Positions 63,257-64,000 of a stretch of DNA of 64,000 nucleotides are shown one piece after another (the stretch's first letter is position 1; every line of letters begins with the position of its first letter). Position numbers and translations under genes: made by a program. Origin of the DNA: an uncultured Planctomycetota bacterium (GTDB taxonomy: Bacteria > Planctomycetota > Planctomycetia > Isosphaerales > Isosphaeraceae); NCBI GenBank assembly GCA_963737655.1, contig CAVTTN010000002.1, positions 2,720,001 through 2,784,000 of the forward strand, in the 5' to 3' direction. The notes under the pieces were generated by a model. The model had not been told where the DNA came from, ran no database searches, and was given only the letters and a program-made list of their open reading frames with translations.

Positions 63257-64000
63257 ATGGCGACCACGAAGCGCGACTATTACGAGATCCTCGCGGTGAA
63301 GCGCGAGGCGACGGTCGAGGAGATCAAGAAGAGCTACCGCCAGATGGCCCTGAAGTACCACCCGGACAAGAACCCGGGGGACGACGTCGCCGAGGCGAAG
63401 TTCAAGGAATGCGCCGAGGCGTACGAGGTCCTCTCCGACCCCGACAAGAGGCAGAGGTATGACCGCTACGGCCATGCCGGTGTCGATGGCGCGGCCACCC
63501 ACAACTTCCGCAACGCCGAAGACATCATGTCGGCCTTCTCCGACATTTTCGGCGGCGGCCTCTTCGGCGACATGTTCAACCAGAGGAGGCGAGGCCCCCG
63601 GCCCGGCCAGGACCTCTTGATGAAGCTGGAGATCGACCTCCTGGAGGCCGCCCGGGGGACCACCAAGACCGTCGAGATCACCCGGCAGGAGACCTGCATC
63701 GACTGCAAGGGGACCGGCGCCAAGGCCGGGACCGTCGCCACCACGTGCGAATACTGCCGGGGGTCGGGCCAGGTCGTCCAGTCCCGGGGGTTCTTCCAGG
63801 TCGCCACGACCTGCCCGGCCTGCGGGGGCGAAGGGTCGCGGATCACCGATCCGTGCTCCTCGTGCCGAGGGGCCGGCAAGGTGCCGCAGAAGGTGTCGAT
63901 CCCGGTGAACGTCCCTCCCGGGGTGGACACCGGGATGTGGCTCCAGCTCCGCAACCAGGGGGAGCCGGGAGACGTGGGGGCTCCTCGCGGCAACCTGCGG
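63257..64000 (+). CDS. dnaJ: Molecular chaperone DnaJ, 5' part (runs off the window)
   Basis: Manual translation [29 protein letters not shown] region; four CxxCxGxG repeats. Confidence 0.96.
   Translation, partial: MATTKRDYYEILAVKREATVEEIKKSYRQMALKYHPDKNPGDDVAEAKFKECAEAYEVLSDPDKRQRYDRYGHAGVDGAATHNFRNAEDIMSAFSDIFGGGLFGDMFNQRRRGPRPGQDLLMKLEIDLLEAARGTTKTVEITRQETCIDCKGTGAKAGTVATTCEYCRGSGQVVQSRGFFQVATTCPACGGEGSRITDPCSSCRGAGKVPQKVSIPVNVPPGVDTGMWLQLRNQGEPGDVGAPRGNLR

Overview
High-GC bacterial chromosomal segment. The gene content (DUF1559 prepilin-type gene, DUF1080, Uma2, FHA-GAF kinase) suggests a Planctomycetota genome, plausibly Isosphaeraceae-like; this is an inference. It carries about 50 genes: a CzcBA-type heavy-metal RND efflux pair, MATE, FKBP, NagD-like HAD, HutX, macrodomain, mlaE/mlaD, beta-CASP nuclease, trpBA, peptidases, xerC, an NtrC-like regulator, a cell-envelope glycosylation cluster with three GT-C-like membrane proteins, a desaturase and a partial dnaJ. 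About ten genes are broken by single-base frameshifts, many at G/C homopolymers, which looks like long-read error rather than biology. No rRNA, tRNA, CRISPR array or transposase was seen. Most notable observations: (1) a hidden DUF2946/CruR-like leader ORF (signal-like N-terminus, His/CxxC motifs, C-terminal RGPP arrest-like motif) directly upstream of a DUF1559 gene; (2) a bipartite DNA motif shared by two distant long intergenic regions; (3) an orphan RES-like (NAD+-consuming) protein; (4) a macrodomain-TM-extracytoplasmic fusion; (5) several families of REP/REPIN-like nested hairpins; (6) a series of decayed or orphan toxin-antitoxin remnants. All family assignments come from motif recognition by eye, not from database searches.
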